A stretch of DNA of 64,000 nucleotides from Oscillospiraceae bacterium (GCA_034925865.1 JAYFRN010000030.1:1797-65796), one strand, 5' to 3'. Shown: positions 8,373-17,574, counted from the first letter of the stretch. The notes: generated from the letters alone by a model not told the origin. Translations and numbers: made by a program.

Positions 8373-10624
8373 GCGCGTCTGGTTTCACCGAATACGATAT
8401 CTCCGAATACTTTCGGATCCTTGAAATATGCGGCGCAGTCGTTATCGGAGGATGTGAAAAATAATATTTGATGCGAATCGGATTCAAGCATACGGCATAG
8501 ACGCTTTGCGTTGTCCTTGTCGATATAGATGAAGCTTTCGTCGAATATCATCGGTACCTTGGATTTTAAAAGCTGTTCGGAAAAAGCAACGCGAAGCGCA
8601 ATCATCGCAAGCTCCGTAAGTCCGCCGCCCGCCTTTGACAGGGGAAGTGTCTGAGAGCCTCTTTTATATTTAAGTTCAAAGTGCTCTCCGAGGACAAAGC
8701 TTTCGCCGGGCTTGAGCGCAAAGGAAATAAGAGCGTTTACCCGCGCAGAAACCGGCTGAACCGTTTTCTCTTCGAAAAGATCTATTTCGCGTGCAAGAGA
8801 ATCGCATTTGAGCTGAACGGCGCGATATTTTTCAAGCTGCCCCAGCATGTCGTTCTCATTCTTTGTAACAAGAGACGAGATGTCACCGAGTTTTTCCGAT
8901 TCCGCTTTGATAGCTGCAAGCTTTGATTCAAGCTCGTTCTGCTTTTCGTAAAGAACGTCATTCTGATGAGTCAGAAATGACAGCTCGCGCTCCAGCACGG
9001 CGAATTCATCGCTTATTTCAAGCGTGTCTTTCTTAATATCTGTACTGAGAAGCGCGCGGTATTGCTCTCGCTGGGCATTGAGGCTGTTTTCACATTCGAA
9101 AAGAGCGTCGTATTTGGACATAATCAAATCCGCTTTGGCAAGCGTCTCGGACGCGCTGAGCGGCGCTTTCGGAGCGGAAAGGGAAATTTCAAGCGTGGCG
9201 TTTTCCGCGGCTCCTATATCGCGGCGGATACTTGAGAGAGCGGATGCCGCTTCATTTTCAAGCCGGCGGCATTCAGCTTCAGCCTTTTCCAATGATTCAC
9301 TGTATATATCATCGGATTTTTTATATGAATTGAACTGTTCACAAAGATCATCGAATTCGTTTTGCGTATCAAGATTCAAAGAAGAGAGAATGTTTTTCGC
9401 ACCTTTTTTAAACAGAGAAGAACAGATGCCGAGGATTGCGGAAAATATAATTACCGCCGCCGTAATAAGGAGCGAAAAGATGAGTTCCTTCTCCATATAA
9501 AAGTATAAAAACGCGAAAGCGAATACGGCGATCAGTAAAAATAGCAGAGAAAACGCCGAGAAAAGGTTTTTAAAGCTGCGCTTTGTATCCAAAGCTGCGC
9601 GGGCGTTTTCAATTTCCTCCGCCTGACCGTCTTCAGGGAAAAGCTTACGGTTGATTTCGAGATTCTCTCTGGCCAGGTCGCAGCTTCCTTTTGCTTCGCG
9701 GAAATCCGCGTCGAGACGGCTGTATGCGGAGTAATCATTTTTTAAAGAGGCGAGAGAATCACGAGTCATACCGGTAAAGGCGTTTTTAGCTTCAAAGGCG
9801 AGGAGCTTTTGACGTTTTTCAATTTGCTGTATCTCGTTTTTAAGGCTGCCGGCATTCTCTGCGTTTTCTATCAGCTTGATATCATCGGCATAATTTTTCA
9901 TGTCCGCTTTCAGAATGACCATACGCCTGTTATTGGCGGCCATACGTTTTTGAACGTCCTCCAATGCGCGTACCGTTTCCTCTTCACGGGTTTTATTCAT
10001 ACCGCGCTGCTGTGAACGGCTGTCAAATTCACGGCGTTCCGAAAGAAGCCTGTCGATCTCGCCTGATTTATCTTCATTCATAAGCGAGTTTCTTTCTTCA
10101 AGGACACGCCTGTATTCGGAATAAATGCCCGCCCCGTCTTTGTCGGAAAACGCTTCCGCCCAGGAGTCAAGCGCTTTCAGAGATGTCGCGGGATCGGTCA
10201 GATCATGCTGAACCAGGTTGTTTTGCTTTTGAGGAAGATAAACTGTACGGTCATATATATACGAATCAAGTCCGAGGAAAAACTTTCCCGGGGTTTCGTA
10301 TATTTCTATGGCCGTTCCGTTTTTATCAGTTACTTTGACGCGTTCCTCAATTTCGGTGGCAGTGCGGATTATAACATACCGTACACCGTCGGCGCATATG
10401 GTCATTTCACCGTTCATGCGTTTATCGCCGTTCCAGGGAAAAATGTCGGAATGCCCGTCCACACCGTAGAACATAAAACGTATGAAATCGCATACGGATG
10501 ATTTTCCGCAGCAATTATGCCCGATGAAAATATTTGTTTTCTCATCGGGACGAATTATGATATCACGCTTTCCCGCAAAGCGGATAAGATGAATTTCGCT
10601 TATAAATACATTTTGAAAGCTCAT
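8369..10624 (-). CDS. Rad50/SbcC-like (YhaN/SbcE-like) AAA ATPase with a central transmembrane hairpin
   Basis: 751 aa. N-terminal P-loop GHNCCGKSS, long heptad-rich central region, C-terminal signature-like LSKAGGGLTE and Walker B PMIFDESF. Two hydrophobic helices (LFSAFSLLFLLIAVFAFAFLYFY and LIFSLLITAAVIIFSAILGICSSLF) are encoded around 9395-9565. The stop overlaps the recG start (ATGA, 8369-8372). Confidence 0.75.
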   Translation of the reverse strand: MSFQNVFISEIHLIRFAGKRDIIIRPDEKTNIFIGHNCCGKSSVCDFIRFMFYGVDGHSDIFPWNGDKRMNGEMTICADGVRYVIIRTATEIEERVKVTDKNGTAIEIYETPGKFFLGLDSYIYDRTVYLPQKQNNLVQHDLTDPATSLKALDSWAEAFSDKDGAGIYSEYRRVLEERNSLMNEDKSGEIDRLLSERREFDSRSQQRGMNKTREEETVRALEDVQKRMAANNRRMVILKADMKNYADDIKLIENAENAGSLKNEIQQIEKRQKLLAFEAKNAFTGMTRDSLASLKNDYSAYSRLDADFREAKGSCDLARENLEINRKLFPEDGQAEEIENARAALDTKRSFKNLFSAFSLLFLLIAVFAFAFLYFYMEKELIFSLLITAAVIIFSAILGICSSLFKKGAKNILSSLNLDTQNEFDDLCEQFNSYKKSDDIYSESLEKAEAECRRLENEAASALSSIRRDIGAAENATLEISLSAPKAPLSASETLAKADLIMSKYDALFECENSLNAQREQYRALLSTDIKKDTLEISDEFAVLERELSFLTHQNDVLYEKQNELESKLAAIKAESEKLGDISSLVTKNENDMLGQLEKYRAVQLKCDSLAREIDLFEEKTVQPVSARVNALISFALKPGESFVLGEHFELKYKRGSQTLPLSKAGGGLTELAMIALRVAFSEQLLKSKVPMIFDESFIYIDKDNAKRLCRMLESDSHQILFFTSSDNDCAAYFKDPKVFGDIVFGETRRA

Positions 10625-10712
10625 ATTTCCGATATCCCGTTTTGATAATGTCGGGCGGACACAAAAGCATCCGCCCGCGAATTTTAATTATTAATAATCA
10701 ACCAGAAGAAAA

Positions 10713-11273
10713 TCAGGCGATATATTTTGCTTCTATCTGAGATTTAATTATGCTTTCTATTTCCGCGTTGTTATCGGACATGATATAGTAAACATAATTG
10801 CCAAAAGAACCGATAAGCGCATTGTCCGCCTTTTTCATAGAGGCTTCGTCATAGCCACGGAAGATGTCGGAGACATTTTTTGCGCGCAGCTTCATAAAGG
10901 CTTCGGTTGTTTGCTTTGTGGTGTCGAAAGCTGACGCGTCGGTCGCGGCGATTTTAAAAATTCCTACCTCGTTGGCGCTTGCTTCTCCGCCGGGAACCGA
11001 CATGGCATAGTCTGAAAAGAGAGACATATCCGGAATGTTATTTTCAAGGTCTCCGTAAAAAATGGAAATTAATGATTCACGGTCGTCGCTTTCCATTGCG
11101 TCCATAGATGCCTTTGTATATTGGACATTGTCCCACTTTGCCGAAGCAATGGCGGCGGTGAGAATTTCTGACGGCGTGGCTGAGGATTCACGCGCTTTTT
11201 CGGAACAAGAGGAAAAAGCGAAAACGGAGAACGCCGAAATAACGGCGAGAATGAGACAATTGATTCTTTTCAT
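10713..11273 (-). CDS. Putative lipoprotein, function unknown
   Basis: 186 aa. N-terminus MKRINCLILAVISAFSVFAFSSC is a signal peptide with a lipobox cysteine. Confidence 0.7.
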   Translation of the reverse strand: MKRINCLILAVISAFSVFAFSSCSEKARESSATPSEILTAAIASAKWDNVQYTKASMDAMESDDRESLISIFYGDLENNIPDMSLFSDYAMSVPGGEASANEVGIFKIAATDASAFDTTKQTTEAFMKLRAKNVSDIFRGYDEASMKKADNALIGSFGNYVYYIMSDNNAEIESIIKSQIEAKYIA

Positions 11274-11408
11274 TTAGGTAACAGTGCCTTTCTGAAAGCT
11301 GATTTATTTAAGGTGAAGAATGTACTTTATAATAGTATGATAACACACACCCGCGTAAAAATCAATCTTAATTATTGAAAGCCGTTTAATTTTTTGCGCC
11401 ATGTTTTA

Positions 11409-11437
11409 TTGACAGAAATGATATGGGAAGGTATAAT
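11409..11437 (+). promoter_or_regulatory. Sigma-70-type promoter upstream of the yigZ-like gene
   Basis: TTGACA (11409-11414), exact 17-nt spacer, TATAAT (11432-11437). Confidence 0.65.
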
Positions 11438-11534
11438 ATCAATGGCAATAGCAAAACGGTATTCAAAAATAATTCTTTTACAAGATGATATATAATAATT
11501 ATGAATGCCGCGTAATCATCAAATTCGGAGTGAT

Positions 11535-12152
11535 ATGCCTTATATTACAGCCGCGAAAGAAGCGAGCGCAGAATTCACCGAGAAAAAATCGGTGTTTATA
11601 TCATATATAAAGCCGATAGATACCGAAGCTGACGCACGCGGCTTTATATCGGAAGTATCCGAGAAAAATAATAACGCCACGCACAATGTTTTCGCGTATG
11701 TCAACCGCACGGGAAACGCCGTGCGTTGTTCTGACGCGGGCGAACCGTCGGGGACGGCGGGAGCGCCTGTCCTTGAGGTTATAAAGCGTGAGGGTCTTTT
11801 TGGCGCGGCAATTGTTGTGACGCGTTATTTCGGAGGTATTTTGCTTGGGGCCGGCGGGCTTGTACGCGCTTATTCGCGCGCGGCCGGTCTGGCAATTGAG
11901 GCTGCGGGCAAGGCGGTATTTGAAAAATACCTTACGGTCGATGTACCGTGTGATTATTCGCTGTCCGGAAAGCTTAAATATGAATTTGAAAAACGCGGTT
12001 ATGCTGTTTCCGACACGGTCTTCGGCGAGCTCGTCACATTCCGTGTACTCTGCCCGGAAAGAGGCTTTGAAGCTTTTTCACTTTTTTTGGCCGATATTTC
12101 CGGCGGAAGGATTTCACCCCGCGTTACCGGTGAAAAATTTGCCATCGCATAA
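11535..12152 (+). CDS. YigZ / IMPACT family (UPF0029) protein
   Basis: Motifs NATHNVFAYV, GEPSGTAGAPVLEV and VVTRYFGGILLGAGGLVRAY. Start placed at ATG 11535 (GGAG just upstream), where the N-terminal length fits the family. The ORF track starts at 11505, which has no RBS. Confidence 0.85.
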   Translation: MPYITAAKEASAEFTEKKSVFISYIKPIDTEADARGFISEVSEKNNNATHNVFAYVNRTGNAVRCSDAGEPSGTAGAPVLEVIKREGLFGAAIVVTRYFGGILLGAGGLVRAYSRAAGLAIEAAGKAVFEKYLTVDVPCDYSLSGKLKYEFEKRGYAVSDTVFGELVTFRVLCPERGFEAFSLFLADISGGRISPRVTGEKFAIA

Positions 12153-12193
12153 AAGCAAAGTTTATAAACAAGAATAGCATCAAACAGAAAGGC

Positions 12194-13597
12194 ATGGTTA
12201 TAACTATAGACAGCATTGACGCACCGATTTTAAAGGCGCTTTGCGAAAAAGCCGGAAAGAACGAAATGAGGATGCACATGCCCGGACACGGCGGCAGAAA
12301 TTCCGACGGAATTCCGGACAGCTTGTTTAAATTCGATTATACCGAGCTTTGCGACACCGATAATCTGCTTGATCCAAAGCCGGACGGAATGATATCACGC
12401 TCAGAACATATGTGTGCCGATATGTATGGCGCGCTCGATTCGCTTTATTCCTGCGGCGGCGCGACACTTTGCATACAGACGGCTGTTGCCGCGGCGCTTC
12501 GTTTTTGCGGCAGGAGGAATCCGCGCGTTTTATGCGACCGGGTCTCGCATAAAAGTGTAATCAATGTGCTTTCGCTGCTTGAAATTGATCCGGAATGGTT
12601 TTTTATTGATGAGCTTACCGAAGAAAAGGTACTCGGAGCGGATATACTGGTATATACAAGCGCATCATATTACGGAGAGCTTGCGGATTCCGCCGCCATA
12701 TGCTCTTTATGTCAAAGGCATGGGGTTATATCGATAGCGGACAATTCACACGCATCACATATCGCTTTTACCCGCCAAAAAAAGCTTCATCCTTTAAATA
12801 ACGGCGCCGATTTTGTCGTGGATTCATTTCATAAAACACTGCCTGTGATGACCGGAGGCGCCGCGCTGCATATAGGCTTGGCAATGACACGATTTGGAAC
12901 GCAAAAGGAAATAAGGGAATATTTGCTGTCGTATATGCGGCTTTTTTCGTCAACAAGCCCGTCTTTTACAATACTTGCTTCAATTGATTCGGCTCTTGCC
13001 GGCATCCGCGCCGGTATTGATCCCGATGAGGGCGGAATATGCCGCAGCTTTACCGATTCGGCAAGAGCTCTTGATGACCTCAGAAAAAGTATATGTGAGC
13101 TGTTTAATTTTAAAAGATATCAGGGAACTGAATACGACGCATTAAGGCTCAGTCTTTTCGGAAATTATGACTTCGGAAAGCTCTATTCCGCGCTTTATTC
13201 GGAAGGGATATGTGCCGAAATGTTTTCTCCGGACGCGCTTGTGATGATTCCCTTTTTCGGCTTTTCCTATTCGGACGCTGAGAGAATCTCGGCGGTTTTA
13301 CGCAGATTGGCGCCGAAATTCCGCGCGGAACCGGTCGGCGTGAATGGGGCGGATGCGAACGCGACCGGCATTTACAGACGCCATATTCCGTTAAAGGGTG
13401 CTCCGGCATATGAAATGCTGTTTGCTCCGAAACGCTGTGTCGGATTGAGCAAAGCGGTCGGTGAAATATGCGCCGATGTATACGCCGTATATCCTCCCGG
13501 GATACCGGCGATAGTTCCCGGAGAAATATTCGACGCGGAAACCGCGGAGGCTCTTAACGGAGCCGTAAAACAAGTTTTCGTATATAATGTCTACTGA
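12194..13597 (+). CDS. Orn/Lys/Arg decarboxylase-family PLP enzyme
   Basis: 467 aa with MHMPGHGG near the N-terminus and the PLP-lysine motif SFHKTLPVMTGGA. Confidence 0.8.
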   Translation: MVITIDSIDAPILKALCEKAGKNEMRMHMPGHGGRNSDGIPDSLFKFDYTELCDTDNLLDPKPDGMISRSEHMCADMYGALDSLYSCGGATLCIQTAVAAALRFCGRRNPRVLCDRVSHKSVINVLSLLEIDPEWFFIDELTEEKVLGADILVYTSASYYGELADSAAICSLCQRHGVISIADNSHASHIAFTRQKKLHPLNNGADFVVDSFHKTLPVMTGGAALHIGLAMTRFGTQKEIREYLLSYMRLFSSTSPSFTILASIDSALAGIRAGIDPDEGGICRSFTDSARALDDLRKSICELFNFKRYQGTEYDALRLSLFGNYDFGKLYSALYSEGICAEMFSPDALVMIPFFGFSYSDAERISAVLRRLAPKFRAEPVGVNGADANATGIYRRHIPLKGAPAYEMLFAPKRCVGLSKAVGEICADVYAVYPPGIPAIVPGEIFDAETAEALNGAVKQVFVYNVY

Positions 13598-13668
13598 GGT
13601 TTTAGCAGTTGAAAAGCCAGCCAAAACCTGCGGTGTTCATTAAAATAATTTATAAGGAGTATATAATA

Positions 13669-13872
13669 ATGAAGGAAGTTACAAAAGACACTCTTATAGG
13701 AGAAGCTCTGGAATTGGACGGCGGCATAGGTAAGTTTTTTCTTGAAATGGGAATGCATTGCCTCGGATGCCCGTCCGCGAGAGGAGAATCCATAGAGGAA
13801 GCGTGCGAGGTTCACGGAATGGATCCTGACGAGCTCGTCGAGAAAATAAACGAATATCTCAAAGACAAATAA
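13669..13872 (+). CDS. DUF1858-type small redox-disulfide domain protein
   Basis: 67 aa from ATG 13669, preceded by AAGGAG at 9-nt spacing. Contains the MHCLGCPSA motif. Confidence 0.7.
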   Translation: MKEVTKDTLIGEALELDGGIGKFFLEMGMHCLGCPSARGESIEEACEVHGMDPDELVEKINEYLKDK

Positions 13873-13874
13873 GT

Positions 13875-14597
13875 TTGGAAGCTAAAAATTATACCTTGCC
13901 GGGTGAAAGGCTCGCGGCCTGCGCCCGGCTTGTTTCAAAATGCCGTGTTTTCGCCGATGTCGGAACGGATCACGCGCTTCTGCCTGCTTATCTTTTATCG
14001 TCCGGATGTGCCGGATCTGCCGTGATAAGCGATATAAATCCCGGTCCGCTTTCGGCGGGTATAACCACGCTTACGGAACGCGGACTTGATAAAAATGCCA
14101 TAGCGGTCCTTTGCGACGGGCTTTCCGGTGTTATGGGATATCGCCCGGATGTTATTGTCATCGCGGGTATGGGCGGAGAAACAATTGCGGAAATACTTTC
14201 CCGCGCGATTTCTTCCGGAAGCTTGAAACCGGACAAAACAAGCTTTGTTCTGCAGCCGATGACAAAAGCTGAAAGGCTTCGCCAATATCTTTATAGATCC
14301 GGATTCTTTATCGAAGCTGAGGAGCTTGCGTCGGAGGACGGCAGAATATATGTTGTTGTTTTGTGTACTTATGACGGAATAAAACGAGAATGCTCTGAGG
14401 TCGAAGCATATATAGGAGCTTCCGCCGCAAGGCGTGACGCGCTTGCTTTGAAGTATTTTCTTAAATTGAAAAAGGCTGCTGCGCGGCGCGCCGACGGTCT
14501 TGCCGGAGCGGGACAGAAATTGCCCGCGGTAGAAGAAGAGCTTTCAGCTGTTCTCGACAAGCTGGTCAAGGAATGCGGGGATGCGCGGCTTCTTTGA
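13875..14597 (+). CDS. trmK: tRNA (adenine22-N1)-methyltransferase TrmK
   Basis: 240 aa from a TTG start. DVGTDHALLPAYLL motif and a SAM-methyltransferase fold pattern. A Nif3 gene lies downstream, as in the Bacillus yqfN-yqfO pair. The last 5 codons and the stop lie in a family-1 repeat. Confidence 0.85.
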   Translation: MEAKNYTLPGERLAACARLVSKCRVFADVGTDHALLPAYLLSSGCAGSAVISDINPGPLSAGITTLTERGLDKNAIAVLCDGLSGVMGYRPDVIVIAGMGGETIAEILSRAISSGSLKPDKTSFVLQPMTKAERLRQYLYRSGFFIEAEELASEDGRIYVVVLCTYDGIKRECSEVEAYIGASAARRDALALKYFLKLKKAAARRADGLAGAGQKLPAVEEELSAVLDKLVKECGDARLL

Positions 14598-14617
14598 AAA
14601 GAAGCCTGGCAAGAAAC
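14583..14617 (+). repeat. Family-1 dispersed hairpin core, copy 2 (overlaps the trmK 3' end)
   Basis: GCGCGGCTTCTTTGAAAAGAAGCCTGGCAAGAAAC. The stem is GGCTTCTT/AAGAAGCC and the loop is TGAA. The trmK stop codon TGA (14595-14597) is the loop. Confidence 0.9.
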
Positions 14618-14634
14618 TCAATTCTAAATCTTCA

Positions 14635-14995
14635 AAATTAAAATTTTCTGGGATTCTTAAGGGCTCTTTTTTAAAGAGCCTCTTAAGCGGGGTTTGGGGC
14701 GGAGCCCGTAAAAATCTACGCCGGGGCATTTATTGCGAAAGCGGGGTTATCCCTAAAGAACAATTCTCAAACTCTCAAATTAAAATTTTCTGGGATTCTT
14801 AAGGGCTCTTTTTTAAAAGAGCCTCTTAAGCGGGGTTTGTGGCGAAGCCCGTAAAAATCTACGCCGGAGCATTTATTGTGAAAGCGGGGTTATCCCTAAA
14901 GAACAATTCTCAAACTCTCAAATTAAAATTTTCTGGGATTCTTAAGGACTCTTTTTTAAAAGAGCCTCTTAAGCGGGGTTTGGGGCGGAGCCCTA
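14635..14995 (+). repeat. Tandem repeat array, 142-143 bp unit, about 2.5 copies
   Basis: Unit starts at 14635, 14777 and 14920; the third is truncated after GGGGCGGAGCCC. Units 1 and 2 differ by only a handful of substitutions and one indel. Each unit carries the hairpin CTTAAGGGCTCTTTTTTAAAGAGCCTCTTAAG and a small GGGC-GGA-GCCC hairpin. Confidence 0.95.
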
Positions 14996-15022
14996 AATAT
15001 AATATAATAATGGTAATAAAGA

Positions 15023-15784
15023 ATGAACACATATGAATTTGCCGCCGCGCTTGCCGCGGCGCTTTCTGCTCCGCTGCCGTGGGACAACGACCTTGTCGCG
15101 GTATGTGCCGAGCCCGCACGGCAAATTAAAAAAGTACTGTGTGCGCTTGATGCGTCGCCGCGCGCCGTGGCATACGCCTGTTCAGGCAGTTTTGACGCGC
15201 TTTTAACTCATCATCCGTTGCTGTTCGATGTGCCGCGTAGAATTGCCGCCGGCGATCCCGTATCTGACGCCGTCATCTTGCTTATCAGAGCCGGAGTGTC
15301 GGCAATTTCGCTTCATACGCGGCTTGATCTCTCGCCGTGCGGGATAAACGCAGAGCTGGGCCGCCTTATCGGCATGGAAGGAGCTTTCCCTTTCGGAGAA
15401 GAGGAAATTCTGCTTGTCGGAAATATCGCTGAATGCTCTCCGGAGGAATTCGGAGCGCGTTGTTCCGCTGCCACAGGAGCACCTGTAAGGCTGTATCCCG
15501 GTTCCCGCCGGATTTCCCGCGTAGCCGTATGCTGCGGCAGCGGGAACGATCAGATATCTATAGCGTTAGAATCCGGCGCGCATGCGATTTTCAGCGGCGA
15601 CCTTAAATATCATCCATCACGTTCAGCTTCCGACGCGGGACTAACCGTGTGCGACGGAGGACACTATTTTACCGAGAGATCCGCTCCGAGACTTTTAAAT
15701 GAGCTTGTGATCAGGACATGCCCATACGTTGAAACAGAGATATTCGACGAGCCGGAGCTTGGGGGAAGGATAATTTTACCTTGA
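15023..15784 (+). CDS. Nif3-like dinuclear metal centre protein (YqfO family)
   Basis: 253 aa with LLTHHPLLF and GGHYFTE motifs, in context after trmK. Confidence 0.8.
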   Translation: MNTYEFAAALAAALSAPLPWDNDLVAVCAEPARQIKKVLCALDASPRAVAYACSGSFDALLTHHPLLFDVPRRIAAGDPVSDAVILLIRAGVSAISLHTRLDLSPCGINAELGRLIGMEGAFPFGEEEILLVGNIAECSPEEFGARCSAATGAPVRLYPGSRRISRVAVCCGSGNDQISIALESGAHAIFSGDLKYHPSRSASDAGLTVCDGGHYFTERSAPRLLNELVIRTCPYVETEIFDEPELGGRIILP

Positions 15785-17478
15785 AGAATATATGCCTTTT
15801 CGCTTTGAACAGCTCTTATGTACATACAAACCCTGCGATAAGAGGCATCCGCCGTGCAATTGCCGCGGCGTTTCCGAGCGCAGGCGTTACGCTGATAGAA
15901 AGAACTATAAACGACAAACCGGAAACGCTTATAAGGCTGTTGTACGAATCCGGCTGCAGAATATTCGGTTTTTCTGTTTATATTTGGAACAAAGCTGAAA
16001 TGATGTCATGCGCCTCTGCGATTAAACTGCTTATACCCGATGCTTTTATATTTTTCGGCGGACCCGAGATGTGCGGCCAGAAGGAGGCCGGTCTCCCGGT
16101 TATGAAGGAATGTCCGGCTGTCGGCGCCGTGGTAGAGGGCGAAGGGGAAATATCGGTTTGCACGCTTCTAAATGACTTATTTAAAGGTAAAGCTGATACA
16201 TGGTATTTTACGCCGGATTCATCCGACGCGTTTGACGGGAGCTGTGTTTATAATCCGGAGGAGGATTTGTCAGGAAGGATAGTATATTATGAATCGTCGC
16301 GCGGATGTCCGTTTTCTTGCTCGTTCTGCCTATCCTCGGTGAAGAACGGAAACAAATCCGTGCGTGCGGTCGATCCCGAAAAGGTAATGAATGAAATAAG
16401 ACCGCTTAAAAACCGCGGCATTCGCGTTTTGAAATTTATCGACAGAACGTTCAATTTTGACAAAAAGAGAGCGGCAAGGCTCGCAGATGCGATAATCAAA
16501 GAGAATTTTGATTTCCCGGTACAGTTTGAGTTTTGCGCCAGGCTTGTGGACGACGAGATGCTTTCCGTTCTGTCTGAGGTTCCGCCCGGTAAGATCCAAC
16601 TTGAGGCTGGGCTTCAGAGCGCGGATCCGGAGGTGCTTTCGGCTGTCGGAAGATTTCCCGACGCAAATACCGAAGCGGAGGCGATATACCGTCTTTCGGA
16701 GATTAAAAATATTCATCTGCACTGTGATCTTATCGCAGGGTTGCCTATGGAGACATATGCTTCGTTCAGAATGGCTTTTGATTTACTTTACGGACACTGT
16801 GATATGCTCCAACTCGGCTTTTTAAAGCTGCTGCCAGGTACTCCGCTCCGTACCCAGGCTGAAAAATTCGGAATTAAATACCGTTCCGACCCGCCTTACA
16901 CCGTGCTTGAGACGGCTTCGATGTCATTTAATGAGCTGTGTGCTTTACGGGGAATTGAGACGCTCGTATCGCGTTACGGTTCAGGTACGACATCTGAAAT
17001 AATAAAGGGAATATCAGAAAACAGCAGCGCATTTGATTTTTACGAAGGCTTTTACCGCTTTCTTATTTCTCGTACACCGGAAGCCGACTCACTTTCGGGC
17101 GGTGTTTCGACAAGGCGGGCATTTTCAGAGTTGCGCGATTATTTGATTTTTTATGGTGTTGACGAAGAAAAACTGCGTCCCGTTCTGCGGCTTGCGTTTC
17201 TGCTGACCGACACAGGAGCATTGCCCGATTTTCTGCTCCCGGAAGAAAATGAAAAGCTTACAAAAGAAGAAGCGGGAAGATACAGGGCGCTCATACCGGA
17301 AGAAAGAAATGCTTATTTATATATAGGAAAATTCGGAAGCTCATGCGCCGCTGTTTTTCGGCTTCAGAAAACAGTTCGCGTATATAACGAAAAAGAAAGC
17401 GTTTTCAATTCTGAAATGAGCATAAATAATCCTGATATTCAAAATTTATTTACGATAAATATAAACATTGTACATTAA
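15781..17478 (+). CDS. B12-binding-domain radical SAM protein (DUF4080-type C-terminus)
   Basis: 565 aa with the radical SAM cluster motif CPFSCSFC (CxxxCxxC) after an N-terminal Rossmann-like B12-binding region. TTG start overlaps the nif3 stop. Confidence 0.8.
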   Translation: MKNICLFALNSSYVHTNPAIRGIRRAIAAAFPSAGVTLIERTINDKPETLIRLLYESGCRIFGFSVYIWNKAEMMSCASAIKLLIPDAFIFFGGPEMCGQKEAGLPVMKECPAVGAVVEGEGEISVCTLLNDLFKGKADTWYFTPDSSDAFDGSCVYNPEEDLSGRIVYYESSRGCPFSCSFCLSSVKNGNKSVRAVDPEKVMNEIRPLKNRGIRVLKFIDRTFNFDKKRAARLADAIIKENFDFPVQFEFCARLVDDEMLSVLSEVPPGKIQLEAGLQSADPEVLSAVGRFPDANTEAEAIYRLSEIKNIHLHCDLIAGLPMETYASFRMAFDLLYGHCDMLQLGFLKLLPGTPLRTQAEKFGIKYRSDPPYTVLETASMSFNELCALRGIETLVSRYGSGTTSEIIKGISENSSAFDFYEGFYRFLISRTPEADSLSGGVSTRRAFSELRDYLIFYGVDEEKLRPVLRLAFLLTDTGALPDFLLPEENEKLTKEEAGRYRALIPEERNAYLYIGKFGSSCAAVFRLQKTVRVYNEKESVFNSEMSINNPDIQNLFTININIVH

Positions 17479-17574
17479 TAAACTGTTATCCTATCATGTG
17501 ATGTCTTGGTTTTGTGCATATTTTACAACAAAATATGTTTAAATTGTGCAAATCAAAGAATATATAAATTTAAG

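Noticed and set aside
11505-11534. ORF-track 5' extensions of several genes: yigZ-like 11505, DUF1858 13609, binding protein 17643, Cys-rich 48946, permease 50175, rbr 52462, rimP 53216, nusA 53775, rbfA 58352.
   Set aside because: Internal ATGs preceded by GGAG/GGAGG at 5-11 nt give N-termini that match family expectations. The upstream extensions lack an RBS.
14635-14995. Possible CRISPR array (also considered for 51717-51940).
   Set aside because: Whole 142-bp and 86-bp units repeat head to tail with no unique spacers, and no cas genes are present. This is tandem duplication, not repeat-spacer architecture.
14581-15119. Small ORFs across the tandem array (14581-14802, 14839-15036, 14910-15119).
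   Set aside because: Their sequences are repeat-derived and near-duplicates of each other, with no RBS. They are best explained by the DNA repeat itself.
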